Source of the DNA: an uncultured Collinsella sp.
GTDB lineage: Bacteria > Actinomycetota > Coriobacteriia > Coriobacteriales > Coriobacteriaceae
NCBI GenBank assembly: GCA_900768795.1
Contig: CAAGEH010000005.1
Span: forward strand, 9,123-73,122
DNA: 64,000 bases
Direction: 5' to 3'
Position numbers and translations under genes: made by a program. Below the pieces are notes generated by a model. It saw only the letters and a list, made by a program, of their open reading frames with translations. It was not told the DNA's origin and searched no databases. Of this stretch, positions 20,001-29,418 are shown one piece after another. Every line of letters begins with the position of its first letter. Positions within the stretch are counted from its first letter, which is position 1.

Positions 20001-20585
20001 GAGACGCTCAAGAAGCGTTCCGACTATATCGAGGAGCAGCTCGCCGATTTGGAGAGCGCGCGCAAGTCGCTCACCAAGATAACCGCCGCGATCGATCGAA
20101 AGATGCGCAAGAACTTCCTCGTCACGTTCGATAAGGTCGATGCGAATTTCCGTGAGATCTTCCAGATGCTGTTCCCCGGCGGCCAAGCCCATCTCGAGAT
20201 GACCGACCCCGAGCATCCGACGGAAACCGGTATCGAGGTCGTTGCTCAGCCGCGCGGCAAGCGCATCACCAAGATGATGCTTATGTCTGGCGGCGAGAAG
20301 AGCCTGACGGCGCTTGCCCTGCTGTTCGCCGTCTACCGCACGCGCACGGTGCCCTTCTACGTGCTCGACGAGGTCGAGGCTGCTCTCGACGATGCCAACC
20401 TCTCTAAGCTCATCGGGGCGATCGATGTGCTCAGAAACACCACGCAGCTGCTCGTCATCTCGCATCAGCGCCGCACGATGGAGGACGCCGATGTCCTCTA
20501 TGGCGTTTCCATGCAGGCCGACGGCGTGAGCCGCGTCGTCTCTCAAAAACTTGATCGTGCAACCGGAAAGGTCGTGAACGCATAA
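17049..20585 (+). CDS. smc: Chromosome segregation protein SMC
   Basis: GFKSF, Walker A GPNGSGKSN, long coiled coils with hinge, MSGGE and LDEVEAALD motifs. Confidence 0.96.
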   Translation: MYLKSLTLKGFKSFADRAHMTFEPGLTVIVGPNGSGKSNISDAILWVLGEQSAKQLRGQAMEDVIFSGSSARKPVGIAEVTLVLDNSDHVLPVDFDEVAVTRRMYRSGESEYLINSSPCRLLDIQDILHDSGLGKDTHSIISQGKLDAILQSRPEERRALIEEAAGISKHKRRKERALKKIAKMDEHLRRARDIDKEISRQLRPLERQVDRARKYKELSARANELTQILAVDELRRLQEQWKRHETASKEAEATYELAKYRLNEKERELEKLQVMLEEKGLFVGDLGEQRRHMQDVVGRINSDMRLLEEKGRNMVARLSDMRGQLSASEHQRNRVSSDLAEAREQSDNARAALEVASNDVASFAPDAEKLHAHRVELDQSIADFTREQRVRQQTADKASLELAKVNDALSNARVEDDMYAKRLEQVDASIEEVRSSLSSRRDRVDDLEAQIERASDARTRSREAIESARSALAEYRKRESDARTKLSEVTSELASLTKLDKRLSDSSPLASRVASSCDDSVIGRLGDVIEVPKDLESLVEQLLSSDIDALLVKDTDALGHAGTVALEHADATGEALILSRDVAAPSADSRAAGYRLVDRCQVKEGFGPVVASILGCYYVVDSLDVALSAPVLSDVVYVTPDGARVHAGGVLRVGTSSEDTSGALERKRRIRELEGVKPDLSAVFDHAVEQVAEANRAVEDARALDAKAAGDIAGLEGEKRSLLSEIGRLEQTLNRSDAERERIARRREEAAASVNEARPKVDELSRRRDEARAKVGELQSSIAEASDELDRIRTEDAEAQGKLADAKVRRAQATERLRSLEGRVPELEHRLENLDRRIRGAQQASRSLEVLRLRVDPLHDRYSALLDRAMDWASRLRDQASIEEADSASLKKTIGDAKQQVAQAKDEVERASSGVNDAKVTRGKLEVQVESAIKAITADGTTVLEEALALPAPEDRDAAERELNQLVRQINNLGPVNQVAMEEYETLKKRSDYIEEQLADLESARKSLTKITAAIDRKMRKNFLVTFDKVDANFREIFQMLFPGGQAHLEMTDPEHPTETGIEVVAQPRGKRITKMMLMSGGEKSLTALALLFAVYRTRTVPFYVLDEVEAALDDANLSKLIGAIDVLRNTTQLLVISHQRRTMEDADVLYGVSMQADGVSRVVSQKLDRATGKVVNA

Positions 20586-21502
20586 TGGGTTTCTTCGATA
20601 CGCTCTCCCGCGGTCTCCAGCGAAGCCGCGAGGCCCTAAACGAGGTCTTCTACTTCGGCGGCGAGGTGGATGACAGCTTCTGGGAAGATCTGGAAGATAC
20701 GCTTGTCATGGGGGATATGGGTGCCGACATCGCGATTCAGGTCACCGATGACCTCCGCGATCTCGCAGCAAAAAAGAACCTCAAGACAGCGGGGCAGCTG
20801 CGAGCCGCGCTCGCTGATCGTCTGGAGCATATCTTCGTGCCCATAGAGCATGATCCGTTTACCGAGACCCCGTCGTGCGTGCTCTTCGTCGGCATCAACG
20901 GTGCGGGCAAGACCACGACGGTCGGCAAGCTCGCAAGCGCCGCCTCCGCCTCCGGCAAGAGCGTCGTCATCGGTTCGGCCGACACGTTTCGCGCGGCGGC
21001 GATCGAGCAGCTTGATGTCTGGGGCGAGCGTTCCGGCGTGCCCGTGATCAAGCGCGACCGCGGTGCCGATCCCGCGAGCGTCTGCTACGACGTGCTCGAT
21101 CAGGCGGATAAGCTCACGAGCGATCTCGTGCTGATCGATACCGCCGGCCGTCTGCATTCGAGCCCCGAGCTCATGCGCGAGCTCGCCAAGGTCGTCAACG
21201 TCACGCGTAAGCGCGCCACTAAATGCGCCCGTGGGCCCATGCCGGTCTATGTCGTTCTCGTTATCGATGCCGCAACGGGCCAAAACGGCCTCAATCAGGC
21301 TATCGAGTTCAACAAGGCTTTGGGGCTCGACGGCATCATCCTTACCAAGCTAGACGGCACGGCAAAGGGCGGTATCGCCACGGCGGTCGCCTCGCAGCTC
21401 AAGCTCCCCATCTACCGCATCGGCGTGGGAGAGCAGATCGATGACCTGCAGGCGTTCAATGCCCACGATTTCTGCCGCGCCCTTGTCGGCGAAGACGCAT
21501 AG
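20585..21502 (+). CDS. ftsY: SRP receptor FtsY
   Basis: GINGAGKTT, DTFRAAA, DTAGR and TKLDGTAKGG motifs. Confidence 0.96.
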   Translation: MGFFDTLSRGLQRSREALNEVFYFGGEVDDSFWEDLEDTLVMGDMGADIAIQVTDDLRDLAAKKNLKTAGQLRAALADRLEHIFVPIEHDPFTETPSCVLFVGINGAGKTTTVGKLASAASASGKSVVIGSADTFRAAAIEQLDVWGERSGVPVIKRDRGADPASVCYDVLDQADKLTSDLVLIDTAGRLHSSPELMRELAKVVNVTRKRATKCARGPMPVYVVLVIDAATGQNGLNQAIEFNKALGLDGIILTKLDGTAKGGIATAVASQLKLPIYRIGVGEQIDDLQAFNAHDFCRALVGEDA

Positions 21503-21537
21503 GTCTCTCGGCGAGATAGTCCCTAAAGGAGTTATTC

Positions 21538-23004
21538 ATGTTCAACAGCCTTTCCGATCGCCTGAACGACACGTTCGACCGCCTTCGCGGTAAAGGCAAG
21601 CTAACCGAAGCCGACATCAATTCGGCGATGCGCGACATCCGCATGGCGCTGCTCGAGGCGGACGTCAACTTCAAGGTCGTCAAGGAGTTCGTCGCCAAGA
21701 CCAAGGAGCGCTGCCTGACCTCCGAGGTCATGGAATCGCTCACGCCCGCGCAGAACGTCGTCAAGATCGTCCTCGATGAGCTGACCGAGCTTCTGGGCTC
21801 CACCGAATCCAAACTCGTGCTCTCCAACCGCATCCCCAACGTCATCATGCTCGTGGGCCTTCAGGGTTCCGGTAAGACCACGGCCGCCGTTAAGCTGGCG
21901 TACCTGCTTAAGAAGCAGGGAAAGAGCCCGCTGTTGGCGGCGTGCGACGTGTATCGTCCCGCTGCAGCCGATCAGCTCGCCACGCTCGGCGGGGAAATCG
22001 GCGTACCGGTTTTTCGCGGGGACGGCAAAAACCCCGTCGAGATCGCGAAGGCCTCGATTCGCGAGGCGGTCGACCATATGCGCGACGTGGTCATCGTCGA
22101 TACCGCCGGCCGTCTGCAGATCGACGAGCAGATGATGCAGGAGGCCGTCGATATCAAGAAGGCGGTCAAGCCCGATCAGGTCCTCATGGTCGTCGACGCC
22201 ATGACCGGCCAGGATATCGTCAACGTCGTTTCCACGTTTGCCGAGCGCACCGATTTCGACGGCGTCATCATCTCCAAGCTCGATGGCGATGCACGTGGCG
22301 GCGGCGCCCTTTCCGTTCGCCAGGTCACCGGTAAGCCCATCAAATTCGTATCGATGGGCGAGAAGCCCGATTCACTCGAGCCGTTCTACCCCGACCGCAT
22401 GGCCAAGCGCATTCTCGGCATGGGTGACGTCGTCGGCATTATCGAGAAGGCGCAGGAGGTTGCCGACGCCGAGCAACTCGAGGCAGCCGAGCGCATGCTC
22501 CGCGACGGTTTCACCATGAACGACATGCTCGACCAGATGAAGGCCGTTAAGAAGATGGGCGGCATGAAGGGCATACTCGGCATGCTCCCCGGCGGTCAAC
22601 GCGCGCTCAATCAGATGGGCGGCAACGTCGACGAGAGCATTTTCGATAAAAACGAAGCCATGATCATGTCGATGACCAAGGAGGAGCGCAACAAACCCTC
22701 CATTATCAACGGCCAGCGCAGGGCGCGTATCGCACGCGGCGCCGGCGTGACCCCCTCTGACGTCAACGCGCTCATGAAGCAGTGGGGCGAGATGAACAAG
22801 ATGATGGGCAAGATGCGCTCCATGGCGACGCAGGCTCAGGCTCAGGGCGGAAAGCGCGGCAAAAAGGGGAAGAAGGGCAAGAAGATGCGCATGCCCAATA
22901 TTCCCGGACTCGATCAGATGGGTCTCGGCATGCAGGGTCGTGGCGGAATGAGCGATATGGATATGCTTCGCCAGATGGAGCAGCAGATGAAACGCAAGAT
23001 GTAG
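21538..23004 (+). CDS. ffh: Signal recognition particle protein
   Basis: GLQGSGKTT, DTAGR, KLDGDARGG and a Met-rich M domain. Confidence 0.97.
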   Translation: MFNSLSDRLNDTFDRLRGKGKLTEADINSAMRDIRMALLEADVNFKVVKEFVAKTKERCLTSEVMESLTPAQNVVKIVLDELTELLGSTESKLVLSNRIPNVIMLVGLQGSGKTTAAVKLAYLLKKQGKSPLLAACDVYRPAAADQLATLGGEIGVPVFRGDGKNPVEIAKASIREAVDHMRDVVIVDTAGRLQIDEQMMQEAVDIKKAVKPDQVLMVVDAMTGQDIVNVVSTFAERTDFDGVIISKLDGDARGGGALSVRQVTGKPIKFVSMGEKPDSLEPFYPDRMAKRILGMGDVVGIIEKAQEVADAEQLEAAERMLRDGFTMNDMLDQMKAVKKMGGMKGILGMLPGGQRALNQMGGNVDESIFDKNEAMIMSMTKEERNKPSIINGQRRARIARGAGVTPSDVNALMKQWGEMNKMMGKMRSMATQAQAQGGKRGKKGKKGKKMRMPNIPGLDQMGLGMQGRGGMSDMDMLRQMEQQMKRKM

Positions 23005-23034
23005 CGTCTGCTCCGCTTTAGAAATCGTAGTGAC

Positions 23035-23062
23035 GAGGGCCGCCCGTAAAGCGGCCCTTTTT
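23035..23062 (+). terminator. Intrinsic terminator after ffh
   Basis: GAGGGCCGC/GCGGCCCTT stem followed by a T-run. Confidence 0.85.
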
Positions 23063-23162
23063 GTGGGTCTTGGATGGGGCGGCAACAAGGAGTGCCAACA
23101 AGGGGCCGCACCGTTGGAATTATTCGCGATAATGAAAATAAGTTGGAAGACAAGGAGCCTGT

Positions 23163-24011
23163 ATGAGTCTCGCCGATAAGCAATTCGTTTCGATGTGCCG
23201 CGACATCCTCGATCACGGCACCACCACCGAGGGGCAAAAGGTCCGCCCACACTGGGAGGACGGTACGCCGGCGTACACGATCAAGAGTTTCGGCGTGACC
23301 GCGCGCTATGACCTGCGTCGGGAGTTTCCCGCGCTTACCCTTCGCCGTACGGCGCTTAAGTCGGCCATGGATGAGGTTCTCTGGATTTACCAGCGTAAAT
23401 CCAGTAACGTCCACGACCTTCATTCTCATATATGGGATCAGTGGGCAGATGAGTCGGGTTCTATCGGCAAAGCGTACGGGTATCAGATCGCTCGGAAGTC
23501 GCATTATCCTGAAGGTGATTTCGACCAGATGGACCGTGTGCTCTTCGATCTTGAAAACACGCCCTTCAGCCGTCGTATCATGACCAACACCTATGTGTTT
23601 TCGGATCTTTCCGAGATGCATCTGTATCCTTGCGCTTACGGAGTCACTTACAACGTCACCGAGCATCCCGGCGACGACAAACCGACGCTCAACATGGTTC
23701 TCAACCAGCGCAGTCAGGATATCTTGGCCGCGAACAACTGGAACGTCTGCCAATACGCCATCCTGCTCATGATGGTCGCGCAAAGCGTCGGCATGATCCC
23801 GGGCGTCCTGTTGCACGTCATCGCCGATGCGCATATCTACGATCGCCATGTCGATATCGTTCGCGAGCTTATCGAGCGCCCTCAGTACCCGGCGCCCAAG
23901 GTGAGCCTTGCCCCCGATGTCCATGACTTCTATGCGTTCACTACCGACGACCTGATCGTCGAGGGATATGAGCATGGTCCGCAGGTCAAGAACATCCCGA
24001 TCGCTGTTTAA
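23163..24011 (+). CDS. thyA: Thymidylate synthase (ThyA type)
   Basis: WDQWAD, GKAYG, SRR, LYPC catalytic Cys, QRSQD, DAHIY and C-terminal IAV. Confidence 0.96.
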   Translation: MSLADKQFVSMCRDILDHGTTTEGQKVRPHWEDGTPAYTIKSFGVTARYDLRREFPALTLRRTALKSAMDEVLWIYQRKSSNVHDLHSHIWDQWADESGSIGKAYGYQIARKSHYPEGDFDQMDRVLFDLENTPFSRRIMTNTYVFSDLSEMHLYPCAYGVTYNVTEHPGDDKPTLNMVLNQRSQDILAANNWNVCQYAILLMMVAQSVGMIPGVLLHVIADAHIYDRHVDIVRELIERPQYPAPKVSLAPDVHDFYAFTTDDLIVEGYEHGPQVKNIPIAV

Positions 24012-24182
24012 TCGTCCCATCGCTTTAACGAACGGCAGTTCCGCCGACGCCGTTTGGCAGCGTTGTCGGCGATTCGTCGCTCATTCGTCTCTTGCATGGC
24101 GACCCGCTCGATCTTGGCGCTGCATGCTGACGTATGGTCGACCTGCGATAATCGATTTCCCGACTTTTGGGGGTTTGGCTCA

Positions 24183-24713
24183 ATGGATATCAAGCCGCGT
24201 TGCAATCTCAAGGCTATCGTCGCCGTCTGCGATGACTGGGGTATCGGTGCGGATGGCGATATGGTCGTTGAGAATAAAGCCGACATGCGCCATTTCGTAG
24301 CGCTCACCAAGGGCTGTACGGTCATCATGGGGCGTAAGACTCTCGAGAGTTTTCCCGGGGGGCGCCCGCTCAAGAACCGCCGAAACATCGTGCTCACGCG
24401 CGACCCGCTCTTTACGCGCGACGGCGTTGAGGTCGTTCATTCGCTTGATGGTGCCTTGGGTGCGCTCGCTTCCGATGAGGGGGCGTGGGTGATCGGCGGC
24501 GGTAGCATCTACGAGCAGTTTCTTCCGTTCTGCTGCGAGGCGGAGGTAACCATCAACCATTGTCTGCGCAACGCGGATACGTTTTTCCCCAACCTCGATG
24601 CGGACCCGGTATGGACGGTCGTTGCGCGCAGCGGTATCGCGCAGATTGCGGATGGGGAGGGCGATGCGGGCGTTAACTATGAGTTCGCGACCTTCCGCCG
24701 GATGCATCGGTAG
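24183..24713 (+). CDS. folA: Dihydrofolate reductase
   Basis: AIVAV...IG, DMRHF, MGRKT, PLKNRRNIVL, VIGGG and DTFFP motifs; start approximate. Confidence 0.92.
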   Translation: MDIKPRCNLKAIVAVCDDWGIGADGDMVVENKADMRHFVALTKGCTVIMGRKTLESFPGGRPLKNRRNIVLTRDPLFTRDGVEVVHSLDGALGALASDEGAWVIGGGSIYEQFLPFCCEAEVTINHCLRNADTFFPNLDADPVWTVVARSGIAQIADGEGDAGVNYEFATFRRMHR

Positions 24714-24792
24714 CATCTATGCGCCCTTTGGGTACTATTGATTGAGGCGCTCGTAGAAGCGCGTGAATATGCCCATACGTGAAAGGCACGGT

Positions 24793-25377
24793 ATGAGAAC
24801 GATCATCCTGTATGCGTCCAAGCATCATGGCAATACCAAGAAACTCGTCGATGCCATCGTCGATGCGTATCCCGAGGTCGATACCCTCGATGTCCATAGA
24901 CTCGACAAAAACGAGTATCCCGACCTCTCGGAATATCACCTCATCGGAGTTGCAACGGGTATCTACTATTCCGAAATCGATAAGGACCTCGCCCGCGTGC
25001 TTTCCAACGTTCTGCAGCCTCAGGACAAGGTTTTCGGACTTATGACCTATGGCGGCAAGAACAAGTGGTACGGCAAGGATATCGATGGTATCTGCCGCAT
25101 GCGGCAGGCTATCTTCATGGGCGTGTACGGGTGCGCGGGATTCGATTCCTGGGGTCCCTTCAAGCTCGTGGGCGGCGTGCAGAAGGGTCATCCGACCGCC
25201 GAGGAGATCCAGGGCGCGGTCGATTTCTACGGCAAGATCGTCGATGAGTACGGCGACATCATCGTCGAGGAGTACGACAAGCGCAAAAAGCGTCTTGAAT
25301 ACGAGGCCGCCCATCCGCGCGGCGGTGTTGTCGCCGGTATCAAACGCACGGCACGCAAGCTCAGAGATAAGCTCTAA
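24793..25377 (+). CDS. Flavodoxin-family protein with a basic C-terminal extension
   Basis: IILYASKHHGNTKKL P-loop, GIYY and GFDSWGPFK...KGHP; RBS AAGG. Confidence 0.8.
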   Translation: MRTIILYASKHHGNTKKLVDAIVDAYPEVDTLDVHRLDKNEYPDLSEYHLIGVATGIYYSEIDKDLARVLSNVLQPQDKVFGLMTYGGKNKWYGKDIDGICRMRQAIFMGVYGCAGFDSWGPFKLVGGVQKGHPTAEEIQGAVDFYGKIVDEYGDIIVEEYDKRKKRLEYEAAHPRGGVVAGIKRTARKLRDKL

Positions 25378-26285
25378 TGGCTGTCGACATCATACGCATA
25401 GCGGATCTTGCCGACGAGCGGCTTCAAGCCTATACCAAGCTCACGGAACGCGAGCTTCGGTGCGTCCTTGAGCCCGAAAAGGGCATTTTCATCGCGGAGA
25501 GCGCTAAAGTCATCGAACGTGCCCTCGATGCGGGCTATGAGCCGGTTAGCTTTCTTTTGGGCGAGAAGTGGCTTGAGTTTTTCGGGCCCCTGTTCGCATG
25601 CGTTCATGCCGGGGGCGGAGCAGCGTCCGTTCCTGCCTTCGTGGCGCCGATGGACCTCATGGAAGAGCTTACGGGGTTCAACGTGACGCGCGGGGCGCTT
25701 GCGGCGTTTCGCCGTCCCATCGCGATTCCAGCCGGAGACTTTCTCTCGGGCGTCGTGGATGCGGCGGGGGAGCGGCCGGTACGTGTGTGCGTGCTCGAGG
25801 GAATCGTCGACCACACGAACGTCGGTGCTATCTTTCGCTCTGCGGCTGCGCTCAATGTCGACGGCATCCTGGTGAGCCCAACATGCTGCGACCCCTTGTA
25901 CCGTCGTGCCGTCCGCGTGAGCATGGGTACGGTTTTTCAGGTCCCCTGGTGTCGAATCGGGTCGGATGCGCGCCATTGGCCCTACGACGGGCTCGAGACG
26001 CTCAAGGACGCAGGGTTTACGTGTGCCGCCATGGCGCTTACGGATGATTCCGTGTCCCTTGACGACGCGCGTCTCAAAAAAATCGATAGGCTTGCGATTT
26101 TTATGGGAACGGAGGGTGCCGGCCTCAAGGCGCAAACCGTCAAGAAATCAGATCTTGCCATTCGCATTCCCATGGCCCATGGCGTCGACTCGCTCAACGT
26201 CGCCGCGGCGAGCGCCGTCGCCTTCTGGCAGCTCTGCCCCCATGTGAGCAACGATTATCACTATCGTCCCGGGCTGTACCACTAG
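25377..26285 (+). CDS. TrmH/SpoU-family RNA methyltransferase
   Basis: DHTNVGAIFRS, MGTEGAGL and IPM...DSLNVAAA SPOUT motifs. Confidence 0.9.
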   Translation: MAVDIIRIADLADERLQAYTKLTERELRCVLEPEKGIFIAESAKVIERALDAGYEPVSFLLGEKWLEFFGPLFACVHAGGGAASVPAFVAPMDLMEELTGFNVTRGALAAFRRPIAIPAGDFLSGVVDAAGERPVRVCVLEGIVDHTNVGAIFRSAAALNVDGILVSPTCCDPLYRRAVRVSMGTVFQVPWCRIGSDARHWPYDGLETLKDAGFTCAAMALTDDSVSLDDARLKKIDRLAIFMGTEGAGLKAQTVKKSDLAIRIPMAHGVDSLNVAAASAVAFWQLCPHVSNDYHYRPGLYH

Positions 26286-26375
26286 GTCCGTTGCGCCACT
26301 GCGTCATCCCACGATGCCAGAAGATCGCTCAATCCGGTCATTTGTTTGTTTGAGATGGCGCCCGGTTATACCGAA

Positions 26376-26879
26376 TTAATATTCGATCCCCAGACGAGCG
26401 AGCAGTCCCTCATCGAAATAGTGCTTGACCATGCGCATCTCCGTCACGAGGTCCGCAAGGTCCGCAAGCGGCATGAGCCCGCGTCCCGTAAGCACGAGCT
26501 CCGTCGTCTCCGGTTTAATCGAGATCAGCTCTTCAACATCCTGTCGCGAGACGAAACCGCGCTGCATCGCATATCCGATTTCGTCGAGGATGAGCACATC
26601 GACGGGCGCGCTTCCATCGGCGGGGGAGAGCGCCTCGTGCGCCTTTTCGAGTATCTGGTCCGCACACTCCTTTGGGGTCCCTCGATCCGCCTGCTCGATC
26701 GCGAGGCCCAGTTTTTTCGCTGCATCGTGTTCAGAGCAATGCAGTTTCTTTGCGAACTGAAGCATGAGGACATCGAGCCCGAAACCCGTCGCGCGCATGG
26801 CAAGTCCGAGCGCCGCCGTTGTTTTTCCCTTGCCGTCCCCGGTGTAGATTTGCACCTTTCCGCACGCAAGTCCTGCCAT
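26376..26879 (-). CDS. Cob(I)alamin adenosyltransferase (CobA/CobO/BtuR type)
   Basis: IYTGDGKGKTTAALG, ILDE, ELVLTGR, ADLVTEM and C-terminal GIEY. Confidence 0.92.
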   Translation of the reverse strand: MAGLACGKVQIYTGDGKGKTTAALGLAMRATGFGLDVLMLQFAKKLHCSEHDAAKKLGLAIEQADRGTPKECADQILEKAHEALSPADGSAPVDVLILDEIGYAMQRGFVSRQDVEELISIKPETTELVLTGRGLMPLADLADLVTEMRMVKHYFDEGLLARLGIEY

Positions 26880-26972
26880 ATTGCACCTTTCGCCGGCCCT
26901 GTTGATTATCGTTTGGCTCATAGGGTATCTTACTCAACATCATTGCCCCCTATATTTGGAGTATCGGCTTAT

Positions 26973-28862
26973 ATGGAGATGGATGACAACAAACGCAGGC
27001 GCAATATGATCGTCTACGTGCTCATCGCGTTCGTCGTCTATCTGGTGCTTTCGACCACGTTGTTCCCCAATCTTGGTCATACGCAGCAGATCGTCGAGAC
27101 GGACTATTCGTCGCTTATCACGGCGCTTAAAAAGAAAAACGTCAAGTCCGTTCAGTACAACACGGACGACTACACGATTTATTACACCAAGAAGGGTGAA
27201 TCCGACGATATCGCCTACAAGACAACGGGCGTTCCCAACGATTCCGGATTCACCGACCGTGTTCTCGCGAGCGGCGCCTCCCTCGAGTCCGTCGTTCCCG
27301 ACAAGAACTCCGGGTTCATGCAGTACTACCTGTTTACCCTGGTCTTGCCGATGGTCATCTTCTTCCTGATCGGGTGGTGGCTCAACCGCCGCATGAAGAA
27401 GGCCATGGGTGACGATGGCCCCTCAATGAATTTCGGCGGCGGCTTCGGGGGCGGCGGCCTCGGCAAGTCGGGCGCACGCGTTATCGCGTCTAAAGACGTG
27501 GGCGTTACCTTTAAGGACGTCGCAGGCCAGGAAGAGGCTAAGGAGTCGCTTAAAGAGGTCGTCGATTTCCTCGAGAAGCCCCAGCGCTATGAGGAGATCG
27601 GCGCCAAGCTGCCTCGTGGCGTGCTGCTCGTCGGCCCTCCGGGAACCGGTAAGACCCTTCTTGCCAAAGCCGTTGCCGGCGAGGCGGGCGTTCCGTTCTT
27701 CTCTATTTCCGGTTCCGAGTTCGTCGAAATGTTCGTCGGTCGCGGCGCCGCCAAGGTTCGCGACCTGTTCAAACAGGCAAAGGAAAAGGCCCCCTGCATC
27801 GTCTTTATCGATGAGGTCGATACCATCGGCAAGAAGCGCGATGGCGGCGGCTTTAGCGGTAACGATGAGCGCGAGCAGACGCTCAACCAGCTGCTTACGG
27901 AGATGGACGGTTTTGATAACCACAAGGGCATCGTCGTTCTCGCGGCCACCAACCGTCCCGATAGCCTCGATCCGGCTCTGCTGCGTCCCGGCCGTTTCGA
28001 CCGCCGCGTTCCCGTTGAGTTGCCCGACCTTGCCGGCCGCAAGTCGATTCTCGAGCTTCACGCAAAGGGTGTGAAGACGCAGCCGCCGATCGATCTCTCC
28101 GCCATCGCACGTGCCACCCCGGGCGCTTCGGGTGCTGACCTTGCCAACATCATCAATGAGGGCGCGCTCAGGGCGGTTCGCGAGGGCCGCAAGCGCGCCA
28201 CCCAAGACGATTTCGAAGAGTCCGTCGAGGTCGTTATCGCGGGTCAGCAGCGTAAGTCCACGGTTCTTTCCGATCACGAGAAGCAGGTCGTCAGTTATCA
28301 CGAGATCGGTCATGCCATCGTGGCGGCTCGCCAGAAAGGCTCTGCACCCGTTACCAAGATCACGATCGTTCCGCGTACCTCCGGCGCGCTCGGTTACACC
28401 ATGCAGGTCGAGGAGGACGAGCGTTTCCTTACGACCAAGCAGGAGGTGCTCGACAAGCTTGCCGTCTATTGCGGCGGTCGTGCTGCCGAGGAGCTCATCT
28501 TCGGCGAGATGACTACCGGTGCCGCTAACGATATCGAGCAGGCTACCAAACTCGCGCGCAACATGGTCACGCGTTTCGGTATGTCCGATGAGTTCGGTAT
28601 GATGGCGCTCGGTACGGTTCAGAACCAATATCTGAATCAGGACACGTCGCTCACCTGCGCTCCGGGTACGGCGGAAGAGGTCGACAAGATTGTCGCCAAG
28701 CTCATCGAGGATGCGCACGCGCGTGCCATGCAGGTGCTCAAAGAGAACAAGTTCAAGCTGCATGAGCTTGCCCGTTACCTGTACAGAAAAGAGACGATCA
28801 CAGGTGATGAGTTCATGAAGCTGCTCACGCGTGAGAACCCGTTGATGCCCAAACAGCAGTAG
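26973..28862 (+). CDS. ftsH: ATP-dependent zinc metalloprotease FtsH
   Basis: Two N-terminal TM helices, [22 protein letters not shown] and HEIGH zinc motif; start trimmed from the ORF-track call. Confidence 0.95.
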   Translation: MEMDDNKRRRNMIVYVLIAFVVYLVLSTTLFPNLGHTQQIVETDYSSLITALKKKNVKSVQYNTDDYTIYYTKKGESDDIAYKTTGVPNDSGFTDRVLASGASLESVVPDKNSGFMQYYLFTLVLPMVIFFLIGWWLNRRMKKAMGDDGPSMNFGGGFGGGGLGKSGARVIASKDVGVTFKDVAGQEEAKESLKEVVDFLEKPQRYEEIGAKLPRGVLLVGPPGTGKTLLAKAVAGEAGVPFFSISGSEFVEMFVGRGAAKVRDLFKQAKEKAPCIVFIDEVDTIGKKRDGGGFSGNDEREQTLNQLLTEMDGFDNHKGIVVLAATNRPDSLDPALLRPGRFDRRVPVELPDLAGRKSILELHAKGVKTQPPIDLSAIARATPGASGADLANIINEGALRAVREGRKRATQDDFEESVEVVIAGQQRKSTVLSDHEKQVVSYHEIGHAIVAARQKGSAPVTKITIVPRTSGALGYTMQVEEDERFLTTKQEVLDKLAVYCGGRAAEELIFGEMTTGAANDIEQATKLARNMVTRFGMSDEFGMMALGTVQNQYLNQDTSLTCAPGTAEEVDKIVAKLIEDAHARAMQVLKENKFKLHELARYLYRKETITGDEFMKLLTRENPLMPKQQ

Positions 28863-28893
28863 CTTTTGGATTCTCTGACTCGGCAGGCTGCCC

Positions 28894-28927
28894 GAAACGG
28901 TCCCTCTTTTGAGGGGCCGTTTTTTTT
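28894..28927 (+). terminator. Intrinsic terminator after ftsH
   Basis: GAAACGGTCCCTC-TTTT-GAGGGGCCGTTTT followed by a T-run. Confidence 0.88.
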
Positions 28928-29068
28928 CTCTCGTTTGGCTGCGCGATCTATCTTGCGGCAGTACCAAGGGCGCAAGCGGTCGCATCGCATATGCGGTTCG
29001 GTCTGAGGTCTTTGCTGTTTTATGAATTAGGGGACGACTGGCCATCAATCGTGCTAGCATACTCGCGA

Positions 29069-29374
29069 AGCGTTGATGGGGACGAGTAATCGGTTCGCGC
29101 GTGGTACAGAGAGCAGGCACACGCTGAGAGCTTGCGCACGCGTCCGATGAATATCACCCCGGAGCAGCGGTCCTAAAAACGAGCTTCGTCTTTGCCGAGC
29201 TCGTTGAGTAGATTCCGCCGGGATGGCCGTCGATACGGGCCAGCCGAGTTGTGGGTACGAGCGCGCGTAAGCGGGCGAGGGTGCCTAAGCTGGGTGGTTA
29301 AACGAAGAGCTTTGAGCGGTTTGCCGCGTGTTTTGCGCTTCGTCCCAGCTTGTAAGGGACGGGCGCATTTTTTT
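29069..29374 (+). promoter_or_regulatory. T-box riboswitch (Ile specifier), transcription-attenuation type
   Basis: Stem I with GA motif, AGTA, AGAGA and GCTGAGA boxes; specifier ATC at 29153-29155; stems II and III; antiterminator AAGCTGGG-TGGTTAA-ACGAAG / CTTCGT-CCCAGCTT; overlapping terminator 29334-29374 ending in T7; upstream of ileS. Confidence 0.92.
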
Positions 29375-29418
29375 GTGCCCGATCGGTGCGAGAGCGCCAG
29401 TGCTAGGAAGGGGTATTC

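Noticed and set aside
18519..20546. 675-aa minus-strand ORF inside smc
   Set aside because: Antisense shadow of a conserved gene, with no recognisable domain.
23074..23166. 30-codon ORF ending in an ATGA overlap with thyA
   Set aside because: No clear RBS, it spans a likely promoter (GATAAT), and its length is expected by chance.
26346..26972. 209-aa N-terminal extension of FtsH in the 838-aa ORF call
   Set aside because: It is the antisense frame of the adenosyltransferase gene. FtsH-like sequence starts at the TM helix after 26973.
27423..29120. 565-aa minus-strand ORF over ftsH
   Set aside because: Antisense shadow that runs through a terminator and the T-box start.
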